DNA of 55,492 nt, taken from assembly GCA_018398765.1 (NCBI GenBank), contig JAHBMJ010000137.1, forward strand, positions 1 to 55,492, given 5' to 3'. Position 1 is the first letter of the stretch, and the number at the start of each line of letters is the position of its first letter. Below, piece by piece: positions 1-11,362 of this stretch. The notes under the pieces were generated by a model that had not been told where the DNA came from, searched no databases, and saw only the letters and a program-made list of their open reading frames with translations. The position numbers were made by a program, and so were the translations under genes. The stretch is from Chromera velia. Its lineage: Eukaryota.

Positions 1-1242
1 AATCGGAGAAATCTTTTCTGCCTTCTCTTCCTCAAAAACTGCCTTCATTGGAAACTCCCCTGTTACAGTCGACACAACTTCATTCAACTGCTGCACCACC
101 CCTGGTCCTCTCTCATGATGCACTCCCTCTCTTTGCAAAAAAGAATCGTATTCCTTCTCGAACTCGCCTCCGTTGTCTGTCTTAATGATCTTTGGTTTCC
201 TTTTCCCAAGTTTCTGCCACTTCCTTATCCAGTGGATCATTGCTCTCTTTGCCTGACTTTTTTGAGAAAGAGTCTCTCACTGCATGAATCTCGTTTTTCC
301 ATCAACAAGGAGACTGGCTGGCACACACCCTGCAAGCATACAGAGGTCATGCATAACAACATCATTGAATTCTTCTGCCCTCCCCTCTGGTGTTTGTCTT
401 GCTGGAATTCTTCTCATGGTTGCATTCACTTCTCTACACTCGCGACAGTCAATCATCTCTGTACAATCCTTCAGGCGCACACGGTGAGCCATTCCTTTTT
501 CTCTCAGGGTCGCATACAAATGCTTACCTGTCGAGTGTCCAAAATAGCAGTGCCACATGTTCAATTCTCTCTGGATCATCTGACCATCTTGAGCAAGAGA
601 AAAAGAATCGGGTCCAGAGGGTTGAGAGGCTTCCGCCTGCTCTCCACCTGCCATCGCCTTTTCTATCGGGGGGGAGACGGGATCATCACCAGAAGAAATC
701 TTCTCTTCCTCGGTGACTGCCAGGCAGACACATTCATTCACTCGTTTAGAAGAAAAAGAAATAAAAGAAGAAGAAGAAGAAAAAGGAAATGCACGAATTA
801 CGTATACACCGTCTCTCTCTTCTAACAACGCTTTGACTTTCTTTCCGTCTCTTGATGAACGCAATTCAACCCAATAAGGCTTGTCGACTTTCTGCAGACG
901 GAGACCCCGAACAGACAAAAGAGAAACAGGAACCGAACGCGAGTATGTATCTTCTATGTACACCTCCTCAATTTTATTCTCTGGAGACAAAACATCAATA
1001 CGCGCACGCACATATCTGTCTGTCTGAAAAGAATCTCCCTCAGCTTTCTCATACGTTACTTTCTTTCTCCAACTGTCTACAATGCAATCATCCATGTCAC
1101 GACCAATCAGATACTTACTACAACCAGTATCAGCAAAAGGAAAGCGGACCTCTTCACACTCGCAGTCATCCTCTGCCAGGGGTGTAAATGGGTTCGAGGA
1201 ACGAGAGCCCCTTGCCGTCTCTCGTCCCACGCCCGAGCGTGG
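1..1242 (-). pseudogene. pol: Pol fragment (protease + integrase) with internal TGA and an apparent deletion in the DDE region
   Basis: Frame continues past TGA 279..277 as ETLSQKSQAKRAMIHWIRKWQKLGKRKPKIIKTDNGGEFEKEYDSFLQREGVHHERGPG. It then jumps to VVQQLNEVVSTVTGEFP without the usual PQxNGxAER segment that carries the catalytic E. Confidence 0.75.
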
Positions 1243-2508
1243 TCAATCGCCCTTCCCCCCCCCGGACGAGGAAGAGGACCCCCCCTTCTTCTTGCACGTA
1301 GGGGCATCCGCGTAGTGACCCTTCTCGCCGCAATCCTTGCACTCGATGTTCTTCTTCTTGGCCCAGCACTCACCTTCGTGCTTTCTCCTACAGGTGTAGT
1401 AGACCGGATGCTGCCCCCCCTGACCAGAGCTCCCACTCGAACCCTGCTCGGAGGACTCCCTAGTATTCCCGTTCTCCCTCTGCCTGCCATGATCATTCCC
1501 CCTGTATCCCCCCTTGGGGTTGGATGAACGCCCTGCCTTCTCCCTTCCCCCTTCCCCGCCCTTCTCTTTCTCCTCGATGGCAGCGAACCAGTCAAGGTGA
1601 GGATGAATATCGTCCCACGAAAGCAAGTTCAGGTCAAGGAGCATCTCTCCCTTCTGCGCTCTGATGGCGGTGATGAGGATGTTCTTTTGGTCAGAGTCGA
1701 GGGCGTGGAAGATCATGGTCGGCTTCGTTGTATCTTCAATGGGTCTCTGCACCCCCATCGCTTCCACCTCCAGATTGGACAGACGTCGACGCAGGGTCTT
1801 GAACCCAAACTTGATCTTGGGCTTGAGGACCTCTCCGGCTGCGCTGCGCCGGTTGGTGTCATAGGGGAATTCCTTGACCTTCTCTTCCACTGCCAGTTGC
1901 CTCACAAGCAGGTTGGAGAGGTATTCTTCCTTCACACGCCTGAGGACCTCTTTGTGCTTGAGGCCAGCGTGGAAGAATCGCTTGAGGTGGGACTTGAACC
2001 TCGAGTCGTTCTTGGCGGCCTTGTACATGCCCATCCAAACCATCCTTTTCCACTGACCAGAAGAGCCAAAACGGGACCTCCGGAGCTCCTCCTTCATGAA
2101 ATCTCCCCACTGTCTCTCCCAATCCTCGAACCCCTCCTTGGGGTCGAACACAGGCAGAAGCGCCCAGTCCACCTTCACCTTCTTCCATGAGGAAGACGAC
2201 ACGACAGAGGAAGAATCAGAGGACTCAGACTCGCTGGAAGAGTCCGAGTCATCAGAAAAGTCCGAATCGTTGCTCGGCATAGCAACAGAAACCTTTTGCC
2301 GTCTCTTGTTCTTTCCGGACTTCTTCTTTTCCAAAATCTTTTCTACGATCTCGTCAATCTTTTCTTCTAATTTCTTCTCAAGAAGGGAATCGAGTTTGGA
2401 ATCGAGAGTCACTGTGCTGCTGCTTGACTGTGCAGCTGCAGCTTCTTCTTGGGCCTTCTTCTTGGCCTCTTCCTTTTCCTTTCTCCTCTGAGCTCTCGTC
2501 CGGACCAT
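1243..2508 (-). CDS. gag: Gag-like protein with C-terminal zinc knuckles
   Basis: ATG at 2508 (MVRTRAQ...). Contains LPVFDPKEGFEDWERQW (gag-like PxF...W), YYTCRRKHEGEC and CKDCGEKGHYADAPTC knuckles. Ends at TGA 1245..1243. Confidence 0.75.
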   Translation of the reverse strand: MVRTRAQRRKEKEEAKKKAQEEAAAAQSSSSTVTLDSKLDSLLEKKLEEKIDEIVEKILEKKKSGKNKRRQKVSVAMPSNDSDFSDDSDSSSESESSDSSSVVSSSSWKKVKVDWALLPVFDPKEGFEDWERQWGDFMKEELRRSRFGSSGQWKRMVWMGMYKAAKNDSRFKSHLKRFFHAGLKHKEVLRRVKEEYLSNLLVRQLAVEEKVKEFPYDTNRRSAAGEVLKPKIKFGFKTLRRRLSNLEVEAMGVQRPIEDTTKPTMIFHALDSDQKNILITAIRAQKGEMLLDLNLLSWDDIHPHLDWFAAIEEKEKGGEGGREKAGRSSNPKGGYRGNDHGRQRENGNTRESSEQGSSGSSGQGGQHPVYYTCRRKHEGECWAKKKNIECKDCGEKGHYADAPTCKKKGGSSSSSGGGKGD

Positions 2509-3110
2509 CTTGAAAAATCCAGAGAGAGAGAAAAAGAAAAGAGCAATCAGATCGGACACACTGACTGAAAGACCCTAGAAGCCACTAGATCTTCTCAACT
2601 AGAAGCTTATCATTAGAGTCTCTTAAGATCTTCTTATAGGGAAAGACTGAAGGATGGGATGCATTGCATATTCCCGTTCCTTTCATTGTTCAGCCGTTTC
2701 ATCTCATTACATTTTATGAGCATGTTACTATTGATTGCAATTAATTCAAATTGCATGAAGAAGCATGCACATGCATGCATGCAGCTCGGTATGGCTCATC
2801 AATCTATAAGGCGGCGCGTATGGCGGCGGGCACTTCATGCATGGCGGCTCAACAGTTGGCTACTCCGGTATACTCCAAAAAATGTTGGGCCCCCGGGCTG
2901 GGCCCCGGTACCCTCAGTCAAAATTTTCGTGGCACTTTTTACCCCGGTGGCTCCCGCAAGCCCCCGAAAAAAAAAAATCCCCCAAAGAGCCCCCAAAAGC
3001 CCCCAAAGGCCCCCAAAATTTCTTGTCGTATGTCTTTTACCAAAAAAGGCCCTGGAAAGATCCTGCCCAAATTACGTCCCTGAACCTAAGCACCATTTGA
3101 AAAAATATAA

Positions 3111-3252
3111 TCAAGATAGTCTCTATCTGCGGTATCGTTTTTCAAGAGACCGTCTACGCCTGCGGCCTAAACGGTCAAGATACCGTCCAGATATGTGACT
3201 GTGGATTTCAAGATACCGTAAATTATCTGCACCTGCGGTGCGGACTTTCAAG
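3111..3252 (+). repeat. Degenerate ~33-bp minisatellite with TCAAGA(T/G)ACCGT core
   Basis: TCAAG cores at 3111, 3142, 3175, 3208 and 3248, with CTGCGG recurring between them. Confidence 0.6.
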
Positions 3253-4047
3253 CTTATCCAAAAATGTGGCTTGAACTTTCAAGTGGTAGTTAGGTTCAGG
3301 GAGGTCGCCCAAATGGTCCAGAAAAGCGTGAACCCGTCATGGGTAGCCCCAGAAAGCGACCACAGAAAGGCTGAATTTGCGCCAATGGCATGCGTGCATC
3401 AGAATATACCCCCGAGCTTTTTTCCTGGGGAAAGGGGGGTTCCGCGGCTTTTCCCGCGGGGGGGGGGGGGATCGGCGCGACCGCCTGCGGTCGGCTGGCC
3501 GGCGTGCGTGAATCATGTAGTTCTCATTTTTCTTGCTTTCCGGGGCCGTTCGCAAGCTTGCTTGTGTCAGATATGAAAAATTAAGTCTCAACGCGCATGC
3601 ACGCGGAGAATCGAGGGAGGGCTTTTCTTAGAGGGCCACGGGGCATATTAGCCTGAGGCCCGATGCAGCCCTGCAGCCGCCTGCAGCCGGCGTGACCATG
3701 CGCGACCCGGCCGTGTAGACGGCTCAAATTGCCGCGCCGCTCAATTGTTGTGGTTTTCTGCTGATGGATCTTCGCCTGGGAAGTTCGCCACAAAAACTGA
3801 GAGGTGAGACTCCGTGAGAGCTTGTTCCCAGTACGTGTCAATCTGACGTTGTACTAAATGAGGAAAGCTTCGAGTGTCATTCTTGCCAGATTATTTCGTT
3901 CTGATCTGCCACAGTGTCATTGAGCTTCTGAACTTTCTTTAGCCCACCTTTGATGTATTAAAATCTGTCGTGCCCTTAAACTCTTGGGTGACGAATATCG
4001 CTTTCCAGCTGTTCGAGATATTTTTCGTGAGATCGAAGAAGAAATAG

Positions 4048-5008
4048 ATGGAGGCTCCCACCAGTGCAGCCACTCTTGATCAGGCCCAGCAGGAAGCCTG
4101 GTATACGGTGGCTAGGGGCACCTTCAGGGTGCAAATTGCAGACTGGGGCCGACCACGTTCCATGACTGTGTCTTCTTCTGGAATTGGACTTCAAGTGGCG
4201 ACCTGCTACCCATGTCTGACCTGCCAACAGCGAGATTCTGAAGAATTCATGGACAAGCATGTGGCGACTGATAAGACATTTGCCAAAAGGATTGAAGGAC
4301 AGGACCTGTACTATGACCTGCAGCCAGATCAACTGGCCGTCTACCCTCTGGATTCGGTGTCGGATGTGGAGAAGGCACTCAAAGGCTGCTTTATTGGAGT
4401 CGAGTTCCTTATGATCGATCCTTCTAGTGACCTTTCAGCCCCAGCAAAGCCTCCATCGGACCTGTTAGCCATTGAAAAGGCCTCATGGGATATCTCTCAG
4501 TCTTCGAATCTCCTCACACTAATCGACGAAGGAAAAGGGGTGACCTGGGAGACCTCCAAGGAGCTGGCATGGGTCCCTGTGCCTTCGAAGCTTTCACTGC
4601 ACTCGGGCATGTTCAAGTTGAAATTAAGATTTGATGCCAAGAAAACGCAGTTGGGTCTGGGGTTCATGATCAAATTCAACGGCGGATTGGACTAGGGGTT
4701 CTTTGGGTACCTTGGAGCTTCCCGGTTTGCTTGGTCATTCGATCCGAACACAGGCCCCCTGGGTGTGTGGTCTTAGGTACAGGGGCTATCGAAAAGGGGC
4801 TGCCTGTGGTGAAGGAGGACGGCGAGGTGGAGGTGATTCTTTGTTTCCTTCGGATTCAACCCAGAGAAGGTTCGGGAAGTTTGTAGTGGAAGGGAAAGAG
4901 TCTGTGCAGATTGATCTTCCGGGGGGGGGGTGTTGTGGTCCCAGCTGCATGCTTTCTGAAGAGAGAACAGGTAGTGGCGTTTGTGAACGTCCAGAGGACT
5001 GAAGAATG
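4048..5008 (+). pseudogene. Intronless disrupted gene, C-terminal half resembling a SPRY/concanavalin-like beta domain
   Basis: The 215-aa ORF stops at TAG 4693-4695, but the frame continues GFFGYLGASRFAWSFDPNTG. After frameshifts it reads VVLGTGAIEKGLPVVKEDGEVEVIL, then FPSDSTQRRFGKFVVEGKESVQIDLPGG, then VVVPAACFLKREQVVAFVNVQRTEE*. The SPRY call is by motif resemblance (LGxxxxSWxY, VxPAxC). Confidence 0.55.
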
Positions 5009-6077
5009 AGGAAAGATAGAGAAGGGATTTGCTTCTTTTGGCTGCAACGGGGATAAATGACAAACGCCTGCATCCTTGTGTACATGCCTGTTTATCTCTC
5101 TCGGTTATATAGTTTGTTTTTCGTTTAATTCATCTGTCTCTCCCTAAGATATGCCCCTTCTTCCTTTCTCCCCCCCCTTTCTCTCGTGCATTTCTGTGCT
5201 GTGGTTCACTTTGGCCGTGCGATGTGTTGCTGCATGGGGGACTAGACGGGAGACGATCATGTTGTTGTGCTTCCTATGCTTATCCATCCATCAACCATGA
5301 TACGAGATGAGATGAGATGAGATCAGGAACTCCCCTAAAATCTCTCTCCTGGGCGCTTTCCTCCCGTCTTTTTCTCCTCGCATTATTGGCGTTTTTACTC
5401 CTTAGCTGTTCTCTCTCCTAGTCTCTCTCTCTCTGACAGTATATCCACTATTCTTCATTCCAGTTTCTTTTTTTTCTGGCACAGCTGTTTGAACTCTATC
5501 TCCTTTATTACGCAGATACTACTGAATTTAGTACCGGTACCGCTTCTCTCCCTTCTCCATCTGCATTCATTCAGTCGAGATCAGTCAGTTATTCATCTAT
5601 GCTTCGTTCAGTATTTGTTTTTGCTGTAGCGCTCTGTTGTTGTATATGTTTAGAGGGAGCACTCTGTTGTAACTGCATGGAGCCCTCCCTGGTTTTCTTC
5701 GATTGGATTATCTGTGCTCTGCATGAGGTCGATCGGTGGATACGTGGGTGGCATTACTGACATGCCTAGTGATATGCTAATGGTTTTAAGTTTCCATGCA
5801 TTCGGACTGTAATTTCACATATATGGTCGACCGCTCAAAGCGGCCGGGCTCTGCTGTAGTGTTGCTCTGTCAAGATAAAAAAAAATGTATGGGTCTACTT
5901 ATAAATATGGTTGATAGCGCGCTGCGGCTACAATATAGGGCAAGCAGTATAATACTGAGTATATATGATTCGACGGTTTCCCTTAACCCCACGTGCGTGT
6001 ATACACTCCAAATTCTTGTCCAAATTTAAAAAAATCAAAAACTTAAACTTTCGAAATCTCTATAGTTATAATTAACT

Positions 6078-6413
6078 CTAGGCTCTGCACTCTAAAAAAA
6101 AAGAAAAGAAAAAAAAATAAATGGTGCTGATATTTTTTTTTTTATATATATATCCAAACATCTGTTGTTTTTCAAGCAACACTGTGCAACACTCTTTACA
6201 ACATCTGAACAACACCTTAGCAATACCTGAATAAGTGTTATTCTTTATATGTAACACTCTTTAATACTCTTTACAACATGTGGACAACATCTTTGCAACA
6301 TTTTGACAACACTTGAACAACAGTTGTTTGTGAAGATCTATGAAAAAAAAAACTTATAAAAAAAAATTGGCTCCGATATTTTTTTTAATGTCTTTTTACA
6401 GTGCGGAGCGTGG
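6078..6413. mobile_element. MITE, copy 1 (hAT-like 8-bp TSD)
   Basis: Left end CTAGGCTCTGCACT; right end AGTGCGGAGCGTGG (reverse complement CCACGCTCCGCACT). Exact TSD AATTAACT at 6070-6077 and 6414-6421. Interior has repeated CAACA units and aligns with 51040-51279. Confidence 0.85.
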
Positions 6414-9020
6414 AATTAACTTATAAATGATGTTTAAAATGTTGGAACTTAGAAGTATAGTGGAAATCTGATAAATGGTTAAATAATTAAAAACCGTTTC
6501 GTACTAAGACTATTGAATTTCTATATAATAGTTCAAAGTTTTTTGACAGAATAACCAACGTATTAACCGTGTATAACAGTGACATTTCTCTAAAATTTAA
6601 GTGAAAATGCATACACAAATTACGGAAATTAAATATACTATAAGAATCAGATTTAGATTTCTACATAAAACTTCAAGTTATATACAAATTTGAATTATTA
6701 ATTTCTATTATGCATCTTTATATCACTTACAAGATTTACCTTTCTAAGAGTTTTTGCAGGAGATGTATAAGTTGCATCGAATGTGCATTATACACAAGGA
6801 ATTTGGTTTAATCTAAATAATAGTGTTGATGTATTCATTTAGTGCATTTGCTGGCATGCCGATAATTCTGAACATAAGATCGTTACATTAAATTAGGGTA
6901 AATTGATGTAAATTGCATGCAAAAACTAGCCATAGAATAAAAGAGTAAATGGAAGTCTCCAAGCGTACCTGCGGTCCTTCTGTTTGTGAGTCACTCGCGC
7001 TATCGTTGACTCAATTGGAGGTTGAGTCGGACGCTAGCGAGGAACTTCTCCCCCGGCTGCGGCTCAATGAAAGGCCCTGTGTGCGTGCGAAGGTGCATGG
7101 CTGGATCTTGAATAGGGACGGAAGAAGTTGACGACCGAGACGAGGGGAGGGGTCCATTCCGAGCGTTGAACTTCTGTTCTTGGATTGGACGTACGGATGC
7201 TGCTCTGCATGCTCCGATGAATTCGATCGGTGTTCTTCAAACGACTACATGATACCGCGACGCATTTGAAGCCCCGGCCGAAGAGAGATGTGGGGGGTCT
7301 CAGGGGCATGACCGTGTGCGAGACTTGCTACAAATTTTCGATTCCTCCAAAATGTAAGCAGACTCGCATACCTCGTTTCCCCTTCTCCTTACCCTTCGCC
7401 CATAGATGACTCTCTCCTCTCCTCTCTCATCATCAAAAGCGAACGAGCGGCAAGAGGAGGTGGAATGAACCGAATCCTTCCGCATGCAGCTATTCTGACT
7501 CCTTGTGAAAAAGAGAGGACACACAAAAAGACTTTGATTTCTCTCTTCATTTTGCGGAATGTATCTGGAGAAAGTCGGGGCTTTACTTTTCCTTTCCTTT
7601 CTGCATGGGGTTCCCTCGTGGTGTTTCTTTCAGCAGTCACGCAATCTTGGTTCCCCCTAGCTGTGTTTCCGAATTCTAGCTCTTCCATCCTGGTTAGTCA
7701 CGTGTAGCTTTCTTTTTTGAAGAATTTTCGATCCGTCCTTTTCGTTTGTTCCCCTTTCCTTCCTTTTTTTTTCTTCATCTTGCAGCAGCAGACAGAGATT
7801 GATCAGATGCTCTCGTCTTCCCTCTGTCTCTTGTTCTCTCTTTCTTTGGTCTCCCTGCCGGAAGCTCGATCTTGCAAAGGTAATTAAATTAATTCATTGA
7901 GGTCAGTTCAGGGTCTGTGGTTGCAGGAATTCAAAACGGGGGCGCGGTTGTCGATGCATCGAGTGAGTGAGTGAATGAGTGAGTGAGTGAGTGAGTGAGT
8001 GAGTGTGTGAGTGTGTGAGTGAGTGAGTGAGTGTCAGATAAGGAAGGAGAGACGGCATTCAAATCCCGGCCAGTCATCGCCTCCCTCCAGCTAGTTTCTT
8101 TCTTTTTTTCCTCTCCCTGTTGTCTGCCAACTCTTTCGATCGAATGATCCCCCTCCCCTCACTCACACACAAAAACAGGCTGACACAAACTGATCGACAT
8201 ACATGACTGAAAAGTAAGGCAACAAGCGCAGCGCCATGATACGCCAGAACGAAAGGTAGAAAGAACACAGAGGGGGGAAATACTCAACAATGCAGCCAGC
8301 GGACGAAGTGCCCATCCTCATTCTTGCTTGATCATTCGTGGGTTTGAAACCAGACTTAGAGCTAGAGCATGACTTTCGGAAGCTGGTTGTTGACAAATGG
8401 GAAAAGTTTCTTTTGAAAATGGAAGCTCGTCGGAATGCACAAAAACAAACAAACAAACAAACAAACAAACAAACGTCCTCCCGTGCTGCTTGCGTTCTGA
8501 TACCCCCTCACCTTCCTTGTGCTTCTTTTCTCTTGCGATGCATTTTGCCGGGCAGTTTTCAGCCCGATGGGCATATCCTTTTCTGACGAGAAATCTCGAG
8601 AGGAGAAACGATGATACAGGCCGTAATCATGTAAGCATTCCTGCTTTTCCCTTTTTGTCCTCCACGCGAACGGTCGGTCGATCCTCCGATGATGCGTGTA
8701 TTCCTTCCAATTGCGGACCGATCCCTCCCTCCCTCTCATGCATGCACGCACGATAAAAAAAAAAAAAGGTACGCGCTCCTGCCCGCCCATGATGCACCCT
8801 TAATTCTGAAAGTCTATCCCCTATCCGCTATGCCCCCTCCCCTGAATTCCCTCCTCAGTCTGACTTTTCCTCTCCCATCTTTTTCTTCTGATCAGGATCG
8901 ACACGGCTGATTTTCAAGATACATTCGTCACCCTTCTTCCTTAGTGCATGCATGGTACCTCTCATCTAAGGTTGCATCACCAGACACCCACCCACCCACC
9001 CCATGCAGGCAAGTCTGTGG

Positions 9021-9934
9021 TTACTGCTCTTTAGAAGACAGAGGCAGCTTGCTAGGGCTCTGAATAGCGAGACCCCCCCCGTCATCGTCTCCCTCGGCTT
9101 CTCCAGAATCCTGAGGGTCGTCTGGAACAGAGGGCACATCCCACTCTCCTAGCTGACGCTCCTGCTGCTGTCCTGCGTTGCCCCTCCGATGCATCGAAGC
9201 CTGAGACCCGCTCAAGCTGCTTGCAAGCTCCCCTGCGTGCCCCTGTTCCTCCGTCTTCGCAATTTTCTGAAGTGGCGTTCGCTCGCTGTCTGAGACTCTT
9301 TTCTCATCTTTGCTGGTGACGGCGAACTCGACTCCCTTGCCTTGTGAGGACACCCCCGACTTTCTGACAGACTCGGGATTGGGCATCTTCATGATGTTCC
9401 GCACGCTGGTAGGCAGAGACATTCTGTTGCTTGCAACAGCTATTCCCCCCTTTGCTTTGCTCAGAGCAGTGGTAAGTGCCCTGTCTGTGACTTTTCGCGT
9501 GCGCGCTCGGAAATATGCCATGACGATGATCACAAAGGCTAAAAAGCCGTACACAGCAAAGAGCCCAGAGAACGCGTCGACGGTCAGCTGAACGGACGGC
9601 TGAAATTCCTCGCTCGCCTGCCGAGAGGAAAGGAAAGGACAGGACAGAAAGTTATTGAGAATCCAAAAGGAACAGGGATCGAGCGTTTTTTCTTCTCCTG
9701 CACAACCATTTATTTTAGCCGAGCATGGCTATTGGTCTTTATATTGGAGCCAAGCATTCATAATGAGAGCGCATGCAGTGAGTGTACAAAGATCCTTTGT
9801 ACTGCATGGACCGAAAGAAGCGCAAGAGAAGAGCCGCGCCACACTACCGACCTCTGAGCAACCTTGAGGTAGTGCAGTGTATTTCCTCCACGTCGTCTGC
9901 AGGAACAAACACACACACACACGCGCGCACACGC

Positions 9935-10002
<68 letters not shown>

Positions 10003-11129
10003 AAGACATTCCTTCGTGTATCGCGTTTGATGCAGGACGCACAGTTGCACTTACCGGACCCCCCATGGAATCACCTCCTTTTTTCGTGTGTCGTCCTCGG
10101 TCTGCCTTCTGTTTTCCGTCTCAGATACACTTTTCTCCTCAGTGTGGGACACTCTCTCCCTCTCCCTCTCCCTCTCCCTCTCCCTCCCGTGCTGCTGGAT
10201 GTCCCCCTTCATGCACTCATGCCTTCATGCAGTCATCAGAACCGTCATGTACTTTGTCCTCATCGTGCTCTCCCCTTTTCTTCCTTGCCTCATTTTCTGG
10301 CAACTTTTCTTGAAGGAAACAATCTCACTCACGTTCATGGAATAAAATGAACGCTTTGCAAGATGTCCGAACAGCATGAAACAGCTTCACTGAGGTGCTG
10401 CTGTCTATCGGCTTTGGTCTCTCCCCCCGCACTTCCCGCGCTCTCACCACACGTGTCTAGGTGACTTCTGCCTTTTTGACTGCCTGACCGACCGCAAGGA
10501 ATCCGTCCTCCTCCATCTCCAGCAGGTGCACGTTCAGACCAGCACGCACATACGCCTGGCAGTCGTTCAGAGAGTGGAAAGCGAAACTGCCTCCTCGAGG
10601 AATGATCGTGCGTCCAACAATTCGCATGTCGCATTTCTCGTTGGCCGAAACCAATCCCTGCAGGAAGCAGGCAGGCGAGCGGGTCAAGCAGGAAGATAGA
10701 AAGGTGAACAACCGGACAGACTTTCAGAATGTCTCATTTGATGTTTTCATTTTGCTTCAAAGGACTTTCACAGCGGCAAATGACTGGCTGACAAAAACAC
10801 CGCAAGTCGAATCACTGCATGGACATCACAACCTGTCGATCAGTCCATGTGCTTGAACGACCAATCGCAACCAAACCACAAACACCCTTTGCAAAGCCCA
10901 GACCACCCCCCCGGGAAATGAGAACGAGTTCAGTGCTTGGCTGACCTCGAGAACGCCGAGAGAAGAGACGAGTCCACCGCAAGCCCCGTTCCTGATGTTC
11001 TCTGGGTGTTCAAACGGTCTGTCTGTTGTTATTTGGGTCAGCCTGCACACAGTGTGTGTACACGCAAACGTACACTTGGGAATACATACTTACACACCCA
11101 CACACCCACACATCCACACATCGCACATC

Positions 11130-11173
<44 letters not shown>

Positions 11174-11327
11174 CCCATACACCCACGCACATAGAGAAAA
11201 GAAGGAAGGAAGGAAGGAAGAAAGGAAGAAAGGAAGAAAGGAAGAAAGGAAGAAAGGAAGAAAGGAAGAAAGGAAGAAAGCAAGAAAGGAAGAAAGGAAG
11301 AAAGGAAGAAAGGAAAGAAAGAAAGAG

Positions 11328-11362
<35 letters not shown>

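Larger units (their letters stand above)
1..2650 (-). mobile_element. Degenerate Ty1/copia-type LTR retrotransposon (gag-PR-IN), truncated by the left window edge
   Basis: Gag with zinc knuckles is followed in the same frame by the aspartic protease motif FADTGCSKYL (~1131), a WHCYFGH...CREC integrase Zn motif, and an rve core (FNDVVMHDL...LLVDGKTRF...KIIKTDNGGEF, with TDNGGEF at 180..160). PR followed directly by IN is copia order. No RT, PBS or LTR could be identified in the window, so the right boundary is approximate. Confidence 0.8.

Noticed and set aside
2510..2700. LTR and primer-binding site for the copia element
   Set aside because: No TGGTATCAGAGC-type PBS or TG...CA boundary was recognisable, and the second LTR would lie outside the window.
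3111..3252. CRISPR array
   Set aside because: Repeat cores are about 12 bp and degenerate, the linkers resemble each other, there are no cas genes, and the context is eukaryotic.
6949..8790. Possible degraded minus-strand exons
   Set aside because: Protein-like stretches with stops but no recognisable domain or consistent splice model.
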